NCBI GenBank assembly: GCA_051362555.1
Contig: CM120640.1
Span: 39,782,788-39,846,787 of the forward strand
From: Lingula anatina
Taxonomy: Eukaryota; Animalia; Brachiopoda
Length of the DNA stretch: 64,000 bases
Reading direction: 5' to 3'
Both the position numbers and the translations under genes were made by a program. Positions 1 to 14,900 of this stretch are shown here, piece by piece. Below the pieces are notes generated by a model. It did not search any database. It had not been told where the DNA came from and saw only the letters and a program-made list of their open reading frames with translations. Numbering within the stretch: position 1 is the stretch's first letter; each line of letters begins with the position of its first letter.

Positions 1-840
1 TGATTACTGTATACGACATACTCGTGTTTGGTTCATTTTATCTGGTCCAAAATAGAAATTGAATGTTTGATTATGAAAGTGGCAGTGTCCTAAACAAGAA
101 ATAAAAACTGCTGTATTAAGAATTTGCCAAATGAGATTGGCTGTTTTTGTGATTACGCAGTTGTCTGAAGACGTCAATTTTGCATGCAATGATGAATTTT
201 TTGTCGTTAATCTTTTCAGTTTATGAAGTAGTGATTATATCCTTAAAGTTTCAAACAGCGAAATAACTTAATAGACCTGCAGATACAATCATGGTTAATA
301 TATATCCATGAAATGCTATGAGGATAATTATTCTCATATCCAACCTAATTCCTGCCCCAAACATATCAAACATTCAGACGCTTTTCATAAACGAAGACAA
401 TTAACTTGTCAAATTTAAACGGAGATCAATTTACATGCACATTACACTGTCCTAGACAATCATCTTAGGGTCATGTACAATTATAGTTGTCGGATCACCC
501 GAGGCTTCCTTATCGTGAGAAACTGGAGTGATGGCCGTTAACTGCGGATGACAGGTACGAGAGTAGATTAAAAAGGACACAGATAAAATCTCAACCATAT
601 CTATTAATCAGGTTTTTGAAATAAGGCGTTATAGTTTTTTCATTTAGTGGACGAGGGTTTAGAAAAGTAAAATCGCATAACATGTAATCATATTTTATTT
701 ATCATTTGCACCTGGTAACAGTGGTTTTTGTGATCAAATGTCATTGTCTTTATTTTTCAAGGTTCTTAAGATGCAGGAAGATATATGTGCATACCATTTA
801 ACAAACTGTGCCTGGTCACCTGGACCTGGTTTTACACAAA

Positions 841-1094
841 TAGGGGAGACCGGGGCTAGATGGACCCCGGGGTAAGTAGGCCCCTCATCAAGTTTCTTAA
901 ATAAAGTTACTTTAAGATGCTAAATTATTTCATTTGGACTCACTGCCAACGCTTTCTTAGCACTATTGGATACGGTCACTTTACAAAATGATGTGATCAA
1001 TTCTTTTACCCCATAGTTACGTTGTCATAAATTGATGGGGGGGGGGGGGGGGGGGCAACTTACCCCGGGGTCCAACTAGCCCCGGTCTCCCCTA
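841..1094. mobile_element. MITE with ~37-bp terminal inverted repeats and TA ends (Tc1/mariner-like by TSD)
   Basis: TAGGGGAGACCGGGGCTAGATGGACCCCGGGGTAAGT (841-877) is the reverse complement (1 mismatch) of ACTTACCCCGGGGTCCAACTAGCCCCGGTCTCCCCTA (1058-1094); no coding capacity. Confidence 0.85.
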
Positions 1095-2957
1095 CTTAAG
1101 TCAGGTTCCTTGCTAATAACTCAATTTAAACGTTTCATGGTCACATGCTCACATCTTACCCTATCAGGAACAGTGTTACAACACTTTCATGGAAATCCTA
1201 GTCAACTAAGCCAGGTAAGGAACTGGCTAAAGTTTTTTTTCTTTTTGAAACTGCATGGGTCCTGGCCCCATTATACTGCTTATCTTATCGTATATTCGAA
1301 TTGTTCATAAAGCCATTATGTTTCGAAGGCTATCCCTTACTTATTTTCTTTACTTCGTGATTACAGATTCAGACATGGGGAAAACTTTGAAACTCTGAAG
1401 GTCCGGAGGACCTGCGCTGCAGGAAATCTGCAGTACCTCCCAATATTTTGTGCTAGCCCGAACTAAATATTCATGCATTTCCTTTAGTCTATGTTTACAA
1501 GTAAATCTTTATTATGCGTTGTGTTTTCACATAAACCTTGCCAGTCCAAAAGACCCGCGATATCAATAATCTTGCAGGTCCTCTGGCATTTCATGACCTG
1601 TCGGACCGTCAGGTTCCTAATGTCTGCAGATTACAGATGATTCAGTCTCACGTAGTACATTAGGTGCACAAAAATAAGTTAGATTGTTTCCAAAGATTTT
1701 GTGATTTTGCAGAGAATACAGGGCTTGTCTATTACAGTCAAAGGGGGGGGGGGGGTACATGCATGTGCATAAATTATAAACCAGTGGACATCCTTCATAA
1801 TCTAGCGAAGATTTGTGAAAAAAAAAAAAACGGCATAAAACTAACCAAATAAACATATATCTAGTACGAGAAGTCGTGCTGTAAGTTTTTTGGTCATATT
1901 ACGGTGCTGATATGACACTGAATGAATTTATTCAACCAGGCAGATATCCCTTTACCTGTGCAGGTCGCCCGCACTTGTTCACAATAACTCATGCAAAGAG
2001 ACGCCTTTGATGATCACAAGCCAGAAAAAAATAAACCCAGATGTATTATATTTCAAAAGACAATTTCCTTCGATTTCCTTCTTTTAAATAGGTCGCTGTA
2101 CACATCAGAGTTTTTTCTGTGACTTATTTTAAGTGTTTGTCGGATATTAGATCTAGTTTTCGTCAGTTATTATATGAACTCTTCAAAGCTGGTTTGAGCT
2201 TTAAAAAAACTCCATTAGTTATTTGATGCTGTAATAGAATATAATTGAACAGTCCCACTCGTGCGTTAATATAATGTACCAACAAACTTGTGATATAGAT
2301 AGATTGAAAATATAATGTCTTACACAACAACCATAGGATCGTTGACATTTCACAAACTCTCCAATTAGTTTCCAGCACCATAAAAATGTCACACGAGAAA
2401 TAAACGCTGACTATATTTTTGTAACGAGGATATATTTCATATGCTACTAATACCAATTTTTCTGTGCAACAAATAAAACAGATAACATATTGGCATTGAG
2501 AAATGCCAACACTTTGTGTGTTAATAATGTTAAAAAATGATGTAGTAATTCAAAAATCTATTTACCGATTGCTCTCGAATGTTAAACGGAATAGACAGTG
2601 GACATAGGGATCGAAACTTTATTGAAATGTGTTAGATGTTACAAAAATTGAATAACAACCAACACAACAAAATACGTGATTTTCCCGTAACATGATGCCA
2701 GATCTTAGTGACCACAATAATACTGCTTCAGGCCACAAAATATACTGATATTTATGTTTCCGTGCAGTGCGTACAAAAATAGTTTCCTTTTCTCTCCGTA
2801 AAATTTGATTTGAAGATTGACAGAAATCTGAATTTTGATACCGTAATCAGATAAGGCTTGATCCAGTCCCCGCTTGCACATGTGATTGAAGACACAAACA
2901 AAACCAGTTTCCATAACACGTTTGTCTGTGCTCTCAATCACGTCGGCAGTAGGCAAC

Positions 2958-5900
2958 TTAGTAAGAGCTGCTGTCGGTTTCATCTTTCTTCCACCACCAT
3001 GTCTCCGAGGCGTCGTCGTCACCGTCGTCGCCAAATAGATTGGACAAGAGGTCGTTAAGCAAGGACGACCTTGTGGTCTGCGCCTCCCATTCCCCCGTTA
3101 CTTTGTTATTCTGCTTCACCTCGCTTGGAATGGGTGGTATAGGGGTTGTCTGAAATGAGAAGTGTAGGATTTTCTTTGCCTTTAGGTGATACGCCAAAAG
3201 ACAAATGCGGACATTTTGTATGCCTCGAGATTTCAAATTAATTCTAAATAAAACGATATGAAAATATGTAAGATTTTTCTTTCACGTACCTGCTCGTCTT
3301 TGTTTTTTGGGTCTTGAGGTGCTTTCTTTCCACCAGCCTTTTGTATGTGGTCCGGTATTTCTTTGGTCCCGTGCAACACAAGTTTCACGCTTTTCACTGA
3401 GCCGCGCTGGCCACCAGTAGTCTACACAAACACACAACGCAAACATTATAAATCGTCATGGTGTTTTTAAGGAAAAATGAGTACTTGTTGGAAGAACGGC
3501 TTGCTATCAAGGTCAGTTAATACACATGTAGAGGGATTAAAAACAAGACAAACAAGCAAGATAAAACAAATTATATGGCTTTTTCCTACTGACCTATACT
3601 TACTTATTATATAAGCGAACAAAAGATGGAAATGATTCCACCATATTCTTCCCCAAATATTCGTATGTAGGCATATAAGTATAATTACTTCATGTGTGGC
3701 ACACAGATTGGCTACGACCTAGTGAGCCAAAGTTAGCACTGTGTCGTATAGCATATTGTGTATGGTATATCAGTGTGTTAGGTGAGACACAGATTGGTAC
3801 GACATGGTGTGATGTTGACATTGAGATCGGTATAACATAGTGTGTTAGGTGTGATATTGAGATTGGTGTTACAGTGTGTCAGGCGTTACCCTAAGATTAC
3901 TTTGACACAATATTGTTAGATGGGATACAAAAGTCTAAGAAATACTCACCTGGTCAGCAATAGTCACTTCCCATGTTCCTTTTGGGTTTTCTCCCCAGTT
4001 GTGCACAGACAAGAAGCTCCAGTTTTTCAAACCATCCCTGGATGTGTCGTATTTGCGCGTGCTGAGCAATTTCGTCGTCATTCCTACAAAAACAAATCTG
4101 CTATGTCGACAGACCACTATATGCCAAATATGCTACATGTGCAACGCAAATGCATAGTCGACTTTGTTTCTTTTAATCGAAGTTTTATGGCTAGCCCGCT
4201 TCAAAATCAACAATTGTTAAGCTGTATCAATTTATGTGACTTGGCAAAATGTTTGAACAAAGGCTTCTTTTCTATGACTGCTCACATATCTCTTTAAAAT
4301 GATGTGTATATATATACATACCAAACAAAAGGAGAACTGAGCCGCACCATTTTCCTTACATGTTCACGCGATCGTATCAGCTGAAAAAAATTACCTGACT
4401 TGTGACACGTGTGTCCGAGGACGCCTTTAAACAGACTAACTTACCACTGGGAGCTTTGAGCCAGATTTCCAGCGATCCTCTTCTACTGTAAGTCACGTCC
4501 ACGACCAACTGGACGTGTTCCAGAGACCGGATTTCATTATCTTGACCCTCACATCCTGTTGTCTTTATCTTGATCACGACTTGGTTACCAGAGGACAGTG
4601 CCCTAAAAGTACAATGATTGCTGAAGCAGAAGAACTAGTGGTGGTAAAGACTGGCAGAGGGAACAGTGTAGGCATTACAAAAAGGACGCTTAGTTTAATA
4701 TCCACTGTATACAAGTTTGGTATGTTACAACACACTTAAGCAGCAGTAGTTGAACAGATCTCTTATAAACGTTTGTATCATTTATTGATGTCTTTTTAAA
4801 TGTAAACCATTTGGCATGTTGGCTGTGGCATACATGTACATCCTCAATGCAATTACAATTATACTTATGACAGGTGTAAGTGGGTTTTAGTAATTATTTT
4901 TAATTGTAAATCTAATTATGGTTTCCAAACGAAAGCAAAGGACACTAAGTTCACACATATTTGGACAAAATGGTTTACAGACGATTTGCAAATATGAAAC
5001 CGGACGATTATCCTTCTATTCTAGCACATACTTTGGCAAGCCATCTGTTACATCGACTTCACATATAGATTTCTCTGGCACCGTCTTCCAGGTGGCAGGG
5101 TCTGCCGTCTCCACCAGGGCCAGGGCGTCTAGAATGCCGAACCCGAAGCTGCTGCTAACTTCGAAGCCTGCGCCATTGGTTTTCCAGCCAGGGTTTTCTC
5201 CTAACGGCGATTTCTGAGAGGTCCACGCGACCAGATGCTGAACGTCACGCCAAGTCAGGTTGGGGCTGGGGAGCGAAGAATTATGAAAAAATATATACAT
5301 ATACATCATATATACTAATTAGGATATTACACACATGTAGAGGAAAAGCTGGTAGGACGTGAGTGATTGCAATCAGATCAAAGTACTCATGATCTCACAG
5401 TGGTCATGTTCATTGTAACGGGAAAAAGACTGAGACAGTATGCACAAATAGTGGCCTACACATTTATGTGCAGGGTCGACTAGTCTACTTTTTTGAGAGG
5501 TGAAAGTTTTAATTCCAGATCTACATGTACATGTACGAATAATAATGCGTTTTCTCTCTTTCTTTCATACAGCGACACAAGACTTTAGAACCTTTTAAGT
5601 TCTCGAAATACAATAAATACAATTGAAATACAATAAGTTTATCTGCTTAAATCAGATTTTGAAGATGGATGCATTTTTGTTTATCTGTTTATTTGTTAAT
5701 TTATAGATGTGAATGTCTTTTGAAATAAGGACTCACTTGCGTTCCAAGACAAGTGCCATGACACCGGCGGCCAAGGGGGCTGAGGCCGAAGTTCCCGTAT
5801 GAGCTTCTGTGCATTTATTATGGAGGTCGGTACTCACCTATGTTATAAAAAGACAGTTGTAACTTATATTAGTGTTTTGATTGAAAACACGATCTAAACA

Positions 5901-8900
5901 CTATCTTAGTTACTTACGAGTCACATGCAAGTTCTTTTGAAATTAAACTTGTCAAAGGTAAAGTAGGCGAAACACATAGCGAGTTTTGACATTAGTCAAC
6001 TCTATCTGATTTCCAAAGGCCAGGTGTAATATTTGTAAATCAGATCAGCAATACATGTTTACTGGCTACGAGGCCCATTGACAGCATAATGATACTTTTA
6101 AGTATAAGTATTGTGGGTGAGATGACCAAAATCAAATAGTGCCTTTTTATTTCTCGAAAGAACTCGTTAAAACTGTTAAACAAAAAGAAAAAAAAATGTA
6201 GATATAAACATAAAGGAGTAACATTTTAGGGTATATTGGACCACTTACAATTTTTTTCTCTCCAAAGTTCCCACTAGAGTACGCAGTTGCCATGGTAGAA
6301 GCGCACCTCTCGGCATACCAAGGTTCTTTATTGTGTTCTGTAGCACTACTGATGGACAAAGTATAGATGGAGCCGGTGTAGCCGTCACAGTTGCAGTTGT
6401 CTTCACTTCTGCCACCGTTCCCAGACGCCCACATGTATATAATGCCCTTACCACCTCTGCCCTGTACAATATCAGGAACATAGGTAATAGATACACCACC
6501 AGTCAGTGGGGAATATGCAAAAAATTTTAATCTCGTCATTCACGGTGGTTTCCTGTTTTGTACTAAAATATGTCACATACACCTCGCTGACTCGCACAGG
6601 TTATATCCATTCTATAAAACGTTCTAGGAAACCGTTTTTTCTATTTTCTTCTATTGCTGGGTAAAAGTCAGTCATATATATATCTCATGTACTAATTATC
6701 TTTGCACCGGAAAAACGACGAAAACAATACGTCTCGTACGAAACGTTAACTCCGCGATATCCCCTGCTTACCTCAGTTATTCCCTTTATGAAAGCCTCCT
6801 TGCATAGCCTGCCCGGCCCTTCCAACGTCTTGCCGTCGTCATTTGGTCCCCAGCTGGCACTAACGATGTCGACATGAGTGTGGTTAAAACTGAGAGCTTT
6901 GGCCTCTACCGAGTCTGTAACACGTCCATCTAACATACGAATGCCTGAAAAAGATTTCGAATTAGTGAGCAAGCAGAATGCTTAGACTCCGTTCACATGA
7001 AAAATCTATTTTCTAAAAATCTATTTTCTATTCGCAGTATCATGTGATCACTCCGAGCGCAGCCAAGAATTAATTACAGCTTTGGAAGTAACTGGCTCCC
7101 GCTGCCAGTAATTACGCCGTGGGATATTCAGGGCACAGACCGTGATCACAAGATACCGCGAATAGAAAATAGATTTTAAGAAAATAGATTTTGCATGTGA
7201 ACGGTCCCTTAATCTAGAAGTCGAGGATCACGAATGTCTATTCGTCCGTGCGAGTGCGTCTGAATGTTAATTGCTTGCAAGGAAGAGCTGTTCTTGTCAA
7301 CCTAGCCTATTTAGCACGTTCTCCTGCACTGCATATAGGCTAATACATGTACATGTAGACTAATTATAATTCTATTCTTTGGAATAACAGGCTGAATTTT
7401 CCACAAACTCTGTGATAAATCTTTTAATGCTTTTTTATCAAAAATCTGTTATCAGATGGTTGGAAACGGAATTTTTTATAATTACCAAAAAATCCTTGAT
7501 TTTATCTTAAACCCAAAGTGTGTTGTGTGAGAAAATGACGGCCATCTCTTTTAATTTCAGAGATGGATTGGATAGCCCAAAAACGCAAAGTTGCGTGACT
7601 TTAGGGACCCATTTGACAAAAGCACTTTAGCCCAAACATTAGTCTAACTTTAAGACCAAAATTGTTTTCTAATTTGTCCCAAGATAAATCAATAGTATCT
7701 GAAGTAAATGCAATATTGTGCCTGTTTCATAACTAATGTTTTATTTAAGTCTACCACTATGGATTTATCTTGAATCTTGAAATAGACCAAATTTGTTGTC
7801 TTAGAGTTAAAGTAATTAAACGCGCTTACAGCGTACCAGAAAAAGATATCAGAATGCTCTACTTATATTTGACAGTTTAGGACGAGCTTACTGCCTGTCA
7901 CTGGTAGTGAGGAATAAATGTTTTTCTTTCATGTAGATTCGTTACTTTTACGGCGTGCGTGTATATAAACTTAACTGCAAATCGATGGCTGACTAACCCA
8001 TTGTTCAACCTGAAAGTCTACAATGTTTTCAATGTTTGGTGACAAATTGAACACGGAGGACAGAAAACCCAAATCCATGCTTTACCTCATAATTAATAAC
8101 AAGGAAGAATAGATGCTCGTGCTGTTTCCTTAGTTTAGTGCGTAGTCTAGTCTGCAAATCCATTCCTTAATTGATCAATTAAACTCGATATTTTTTGCAA
8201 AGGCATCATAAACTAAAATAACTGACAATAGTCTGCAATTTTTTCCAAAGCCTGCCTTTAAAATCGATTATACAGTTCAGAGTTGGTCGTGTGGCTAATT
8301 AATCGCCTGTTGTGGACCCAACCGGTTAATTTAGATAGATGCTCAATGAAACAGAAGGTTAACATTAGTTAGCAGATGATGAATGGGGGCGTGTTGCAGT
8401 CACTGGAACAAAAGTCACGCTACAAATGTGCTTTGTGAATGAGCTTTACTTGGAGGATGTGTTAGCCTCGTGTTAAGTCTACCTTGTGAGTTAAGCAGTT
8501 GCGATTTACTTTTTTTTTTCACAGAAAAATATTACGTTTCCGATTGTAGAAAGTTATAGACAGATATGTAATTTAATGATTATTTTCTTTCTTTATCTTA
8601 TTTCCCTAGCCAAAAATATAATGATTCTCCGAGTACTTGTCTTCACAATTCACACATGGTTAGTTGTTTTAATAATGAATAAGTCCATTATTTACAATGT
8701 TGCATAATTCACGGTATCCACTTGGTTTGTCCGAAAAAAAATTACATTTTGAATGTTAAGTGAAAGTGTATAAGCAGCGATTATCAATTGCAAATTTAAT
8801 TTATTTGACGTTTTTTTAAAAACGTGTTATGAAAGATGTGGTAATGAATACCTTGGCGTCGCCAGACGCAGTCAGAAACAGCCTGCTGCCAGATATCATA

Positions 8901-11900
8901 CAGACGGCTGTACAGACTGCACCGTAGTTATTAATTTGTATATAATTAATTCACGTCTTTGGTTATATCTAGTCTCTAAGGTGTCCTTCGATATTGTTTC
9001 GAACAATTTCCATAATCGCAAGTCTAATTGCTGTTTATAGATTTTGTTAACAACATTCTAAAATAATAATTATTGAAGGTCACTAAATGTGCCAATTCTT
9101 TCGTAAGTCTGCACAAAGCATAACCCTTCGTCCAATTTATACCTTCTAACCAATAGGAAGGTCTTTATTGCCGGTGATAAGGCTAATTTGACCTTAGAAT
9201 TAGAATTAGAATTATTGGCTAATTGTGCAAGGAGTGCCATTGTGCTAGATGTCATATCCAGTGAGCCAAGTGTGTACTTACCCCCAACTTTAGCGCCGTA
9301 TGCCACGCCTACTCCACACAGGTTGTCATTTGGTTGCATGGCAATCTCTCCTGCACAGCGAGTCCCGTGTCTGAAAGTACATTAGTGCTTTTTATGTTTT
9401 TATGCTTTTTATGTTTTAAACTTGTTCTAGTTTTTCTAATTTTTTCAAACTGTTAATCTTGTTATAGATAGATAAACATTGACCAAGTCTAATTATTATT
9501 TTTACATTTCAAGTATAGATGGAACTCATTTAACCATTTTCGTTTCGTCATGTAGAGAGGCACAACGACAACGTGTCAAGTTTTTTCGCGTAGACGTACA
9601 AATTTGGAATTGAAAAATCAACAAGTGGACGCGTGAACGTGTGTCTACACCGTATTGTAGTACAGCCGTTCGCCCCCTATTACATGTATATAGGTTAAGA
9701 ATATTTATACCATGGGCATTTTTCTATTCACATTTATTGCTTTAATAGGGAAGTCTCGTTTCTACAAAAATGCCTAATGCAACTTGAATATTTGAGAATA
9801 TTACGGCAAACAAATGGCATCAAATAGGAAAGAAGAAGAAAAATAATATATACCTGTTCTGATCCAAAGCATCATATCTAGGGGAAGGGTCGCTGTCACC
9901 TCCGTTTAAATCAGTACTTGCATATGGATCCTACAAAAGACAGAAAACTCCAAGTGAGACTGCTATAAGAAAAGGAAAAACATGACTTCCGGTTTCCATG
10001 GACAGCGATGCTTGTGTGACAAGTGCAGTTCTCTGCTTTGCACTCGTCTTTTTTCATGCAAAGTAGCATGTAGCATGTAGTATTCGAGCCTAATTTTAAA
10101 CGACTTGTATATACTAAATGGCTATAGGTGCATGGCCAGAAATAATTTTGTTTGAAGTAGACTGTACATAAGTGATTGATTTAAACCAAACTTACATAGC
10201 TGGCTCTGAGATCAGGATGTGTCCATTCAAGCCCTGGAAAGAGAGAAGTGACATGGGCATCAACGGTTTCAAAGACTTTTTCTCCGTCATCAAAATTTAC
10301 AAACAAAAATGAGATAAACACTTAATATTTCACGATAAAAGAGTCGAAACTGACAAAACAAACCTACACGCAAAAACTCATCTTTAATCCACAGCGATGA
10401 ATTTGACGCAACGTGGAATGTCTTAAAGGAGACAACCCCTTCCAGTTAATTGTATTTCCGTGCCGTTAGAGTTATCATAAATCATTTAGTATCAGTGATT
10501 AGCGATAGTTTACGATTGTCTCAATGACGCGCGACAAGCTTTCTCCATTAGGCTCATATGATCATTTTTCGTAAAGGTTATCTTAAATAAATCGGTGGGC
10601 GCCACAAAATTCTCCCGTGTAAAACATTAAAAAATCACTGTTGAAAAGCATTGCTGAATATCAATCTAAATGCAGTATTGGTATAACAACCTCTCTTTCC
10701 GATCGTCAGTAGCTGAACCTAGAGTAGGAGAGAATTTAGATAGATCTATCATATCGCACGTATTAAGTACCTAAATTATTTTGAAATCCATGTAGAATAG
10801 AGACTGCATGTGTTAGTGAACGAGCATTAAGTACTGGAAAATTATTATTATTATTATTATTGTTGTTGTTGTTGATGTTGTCGTCGTCGTTGTCGTTGTT
10901 GCTGCTGCTGTTGTTGTTGTGATATTCATTCCGAATGCCCACTATTTACCCAAGGAACCTCACGAAACCCCTCCCCACCCCTATCCGCAACCCCTTACCA
11001 TCATCAGGAATGGATATGACTACGCCTTTCCCAGTCACTTTGTACTTATCCCAGGCCTCCACCACTCTGAGGTCGGCGTGTGAAGTGGGGTTTCTCCTCT
11101 TGTCTGAGTCCTGATGTGTCTGGAACAGACAGAGGTAAAAAATTACTGCAGTGAAAGTTACATTCTAGAGTAATATAAAAATTCTGAGAAGAAGTTGTCT
11201 CCCGAAAAGTAAGACAAAATAAAGTGCTCGCCAGCTTCATGTTGTTGTCGTTGTCTTTTTTTGTCTTAAGAGAGGCTTTTAAAACGAGGCAACATTTCTG
11301 TTTTTTAAAAAAATCGTGGAACATGAAGCGGTACTTTACAGCTGATGATGATGGGAAAGGTATCTTGTTTAAAGACTTGAAAAATGTTATGTTATGTCAT
11401 GTTATAAGTAACTCTATAAGTTTAGCTGTCGTGTGAAAAACACTTTAATTGTAACTTTGGGTATAAACGCCTTCAATAGCTTAAACAGGGTGATATAAAA
11501 AAGGTGTAGAAATTACTTCATAATGGCCTTTTAGGCAAAACGAACCAATAAAATAAAATAAAACGAATCAGTTAAATTTCAATTTAGAATTTAAAAATCA
11601 GGTATCTTTTGAACACATGTTAATTACCCAGTATCAACAGACGAATGGTTAAATGTAAATTATATGTAAAAAGTCACATACCAAATACCATTCATGTGGC
11701 CAAATTGGGTCATGAAATGGCTTAATGTGAGGTGGATCGTCTTCTTTTATATTGCGTGGAATGTAGCCTCTCTTCACCCTGCTCTTGCTCTGCTGTTGTT
11801 CTGCCCAGTGAACCTAAAACGAAAATGAAGAAAAATTAAAATGTCGTGTGTCTGAAGAGGACGTTGACTTTAATTCATTATTGCGTGTCTTGATGCAAAA

Positions 11901-14900
11901 TAAAACTTCAAACGTTTTACTGGAGATAACTCATAAGTAAAGTTTACGTGCTTTACTGAAACCAATTTAATTGCCACTCTGTGAAATATCAAGAGGGGTG
12001 AACGACCTGGAGATTGCACGTTATACACGTACTTGTGGATGATCAACCAGTCTCTTTACGTGAGTGTGGGCACTTCGCCGAGAGCGCGCAGGGACATCTT
12101 TGTGGGCAAGGAGATAATAGTCATCGAGTGCTCCAATCTGAAAGAAAAGATTTCAGAGGGCAAGTCAGTCTGAAGATACCGGAGAAGATCTTGAAGCAGG
12201 AAATTCAAAAGTCATTTAGACCTCATGTTATTGGCCGTTATAAAGATGATGAACTTCGAGACGGGGGGCAAGAAAGTTCCCCATTACTACACTCACGCAC
12301 ACAAGCGCGTGTTCATACACACACACAAATAACTTCATACGAGATGATCATTTCTGATTTTTGTGTATTAGCTTAGTGTATTGTGTATCGCTGAGAAAGA
12401 GAGAGAAAATGAAACCACATTAACAGATTCCACCTTTTTTAAATTTCGTTACAGGAATGATTTAAATTGTTTCTGAATACGTATATACAAGAGCCTCTGT
12501 CGATATACACATTTTATATAAAATTACCATTTAACGTCATCCTACATAGGGCAGAATATACATGTAGACAGCAGTGTCAATTAAGATGCCTCTGAAAACT
12601 CTTTTTCTGTCTGTCTCTGAGAGCTGTCAACGGCAGCAATCTGGCTATAACAGCAGTTTTATAAACCTGTCTGTTAAGGAACACTATATTTAGCAGATAT
12701 TAGAAGGCATTTCCACTTTTCTTGGTCGCTAATTGCGTATCATTGCTTGTAGCTCATACATATAACGTCCCTTTTATCTCACGGCGAAACGCTATAAAGG
12801 TAAATTGTGGCTATATAATGGACTATTTGCCTTTAATGTTGTGTAGATGGTCTACCTCTAACAATTGCAGACTTTCATGCTAACTCGTGCAGCCTGGTGG
12901 TTTGTTGTAATACAACGAATCTTTTAGAAGCGCGCGCACGTTTTTTTTTTTAAATCAACGAAGACAACAAACGTAAATGACGCTAGAAGAATTCCGTCAT
13001 CACCTATCTTAAAGAACTGCATACATGTGACAGGCGTTAAGGATGGATTACATTTAAGTCAATCTAAATGCCATTCTTTGATAAAAACCAAGCTGCGCTT
13101 GTTGACTTCCACAGTCTTGGGCCTTTCTGCACCATCAAAGTGTTTAAAATCACAATTTTAAGTCTCTCCTTCCTGTGTCACGAAGTCACAAAATAGGCCG
13201 AAGGACAAGTTTTCACCACCCTTTAATTCGAGCAGTCGGCCGTCTTGATGTATAATCCTCGAAGATGAAACTTCACTCGTGTTTTTTCAATCACTTTGCT
13301 GCATTAATTGCAAACCCAAGGGGTAGTCTGTCATAATGATAATGAAAGAAGTACATACTGATCCAAGGAAATTGCTTACTAAAAATGGGACCAAACAAAA
13401 CGATGTATCAAAATCGAAATAGCTTTTCAAATATCAGAATGGTCATTTTAATGAAATCTGAGAATTATGAAATTGACTTATCCTTTAAAATGAAGAGCAT
13501 CGTGCATTTCCCCATTACACCGATTTTTCAATCACGAACAAAAAAAACTAAATTGAAGAGTCAAATTTCCGTTATGAAATAAATGTACCTAACATTTTTA
13601 TGTAGGCAGTTTCTCGTTTGTTTCAATAATGCATCATAGAAGAATGATTTTAGAAAATGCGCTTCCGATGTTTGAAATAAACCGTTATTTCTAGGTTCAT
13701 TTTGTTCTCTCGTATGCTGTAGCAAAGCGGATATTCAGAGGAACCCAGCCTTCCATCCTCGGTTTATTATGTTTTCTCAGCTCACGCTGGTTCTCCTCGT
13801 GACCAAATCACCGAGTAATAACTATTCTTGGAAACTAAAAGGGGTCTTGGATTACTCCTAAAGACTGTATTAAGCCAGCTATGTAATTATTAAATTGTGA
13901 TGTATAGAGGTTTTGTATGACGACCTTATCCCGGTGTCGCTTCACTGCGTCAGTCGTTCTGCCTTTACCTAGAGTTACCATTTGCAGTAAGAATCGTTAA
14001 AAAGGGTATATTTCATTTAGATTTTACGTAACCATAATCATTAAATAGAACTGTATTTCCATTTCCTTCATGTGAGTATTATATTAAAATCATATTCTGG
14101 TAGACGAGTTTTACTCTGACAGTTGTTCATGTTAGACACTTGTCCGAATCAACAGCCAACAACAGTTTGTCGGTGCACAAGCGTTGCTCCGATCAGGATG
14201 CCTTGCTGCACGCGGAAGATGAATTTATGAAGTACCTTGGCCCTAAGCGTCTGTCAAACCCGGGCTAATTCTCTAGCTGACACCAACCCAATGTCTTCAT
14301 ACAAATTATTAAAACACGCATCAATTATGTCCTCTCAACACGTTTTACAGGGATTCCAATCAATTTCTTGTTATCTCATGTCGAACCTGAGTTCTAGAGG
14401 TCGCAATTTCCTTCTTAGTCTTATCAATCTTGGTTCCATGTGTCAACTCTTGCTGCGTTGAAGGTTTATTCAGCCTACCTTGAAAGGAGGTGCCTTCACA
14501 TTTAATATGAACAAATGTCAAATTTTCCCAAACAAATGATTAATCTCGGACAAGTAGTTCAGACGATGACAATTACACCAAAAGACGTCAATAGTTTTAA
14601 GAATAGCGATAATTCTCAATCTGAAAATGATATTGATACCATGTGGTGAGGTGCGAATGTTTCGAGTTTGTTGCGTGGGTTTGCGAGTGTTTCGGTGTAC
14701 GTGTTTGTGTGAAAGACAGCATAGTAATGAGAAAGTGAGACCTGATTTATGAAAGTTTTTCCCAAAAGTTTGACACCAATACCCAACGATCAATAGTCTA
14801 CTAAATTCACGCACTGCTTCCTAATGCGACACACTGTACTTTTGTTTGATGTGTGATCTAACGCAGTTTCATTTAGCAACTCAACAAATATGCTATATAA

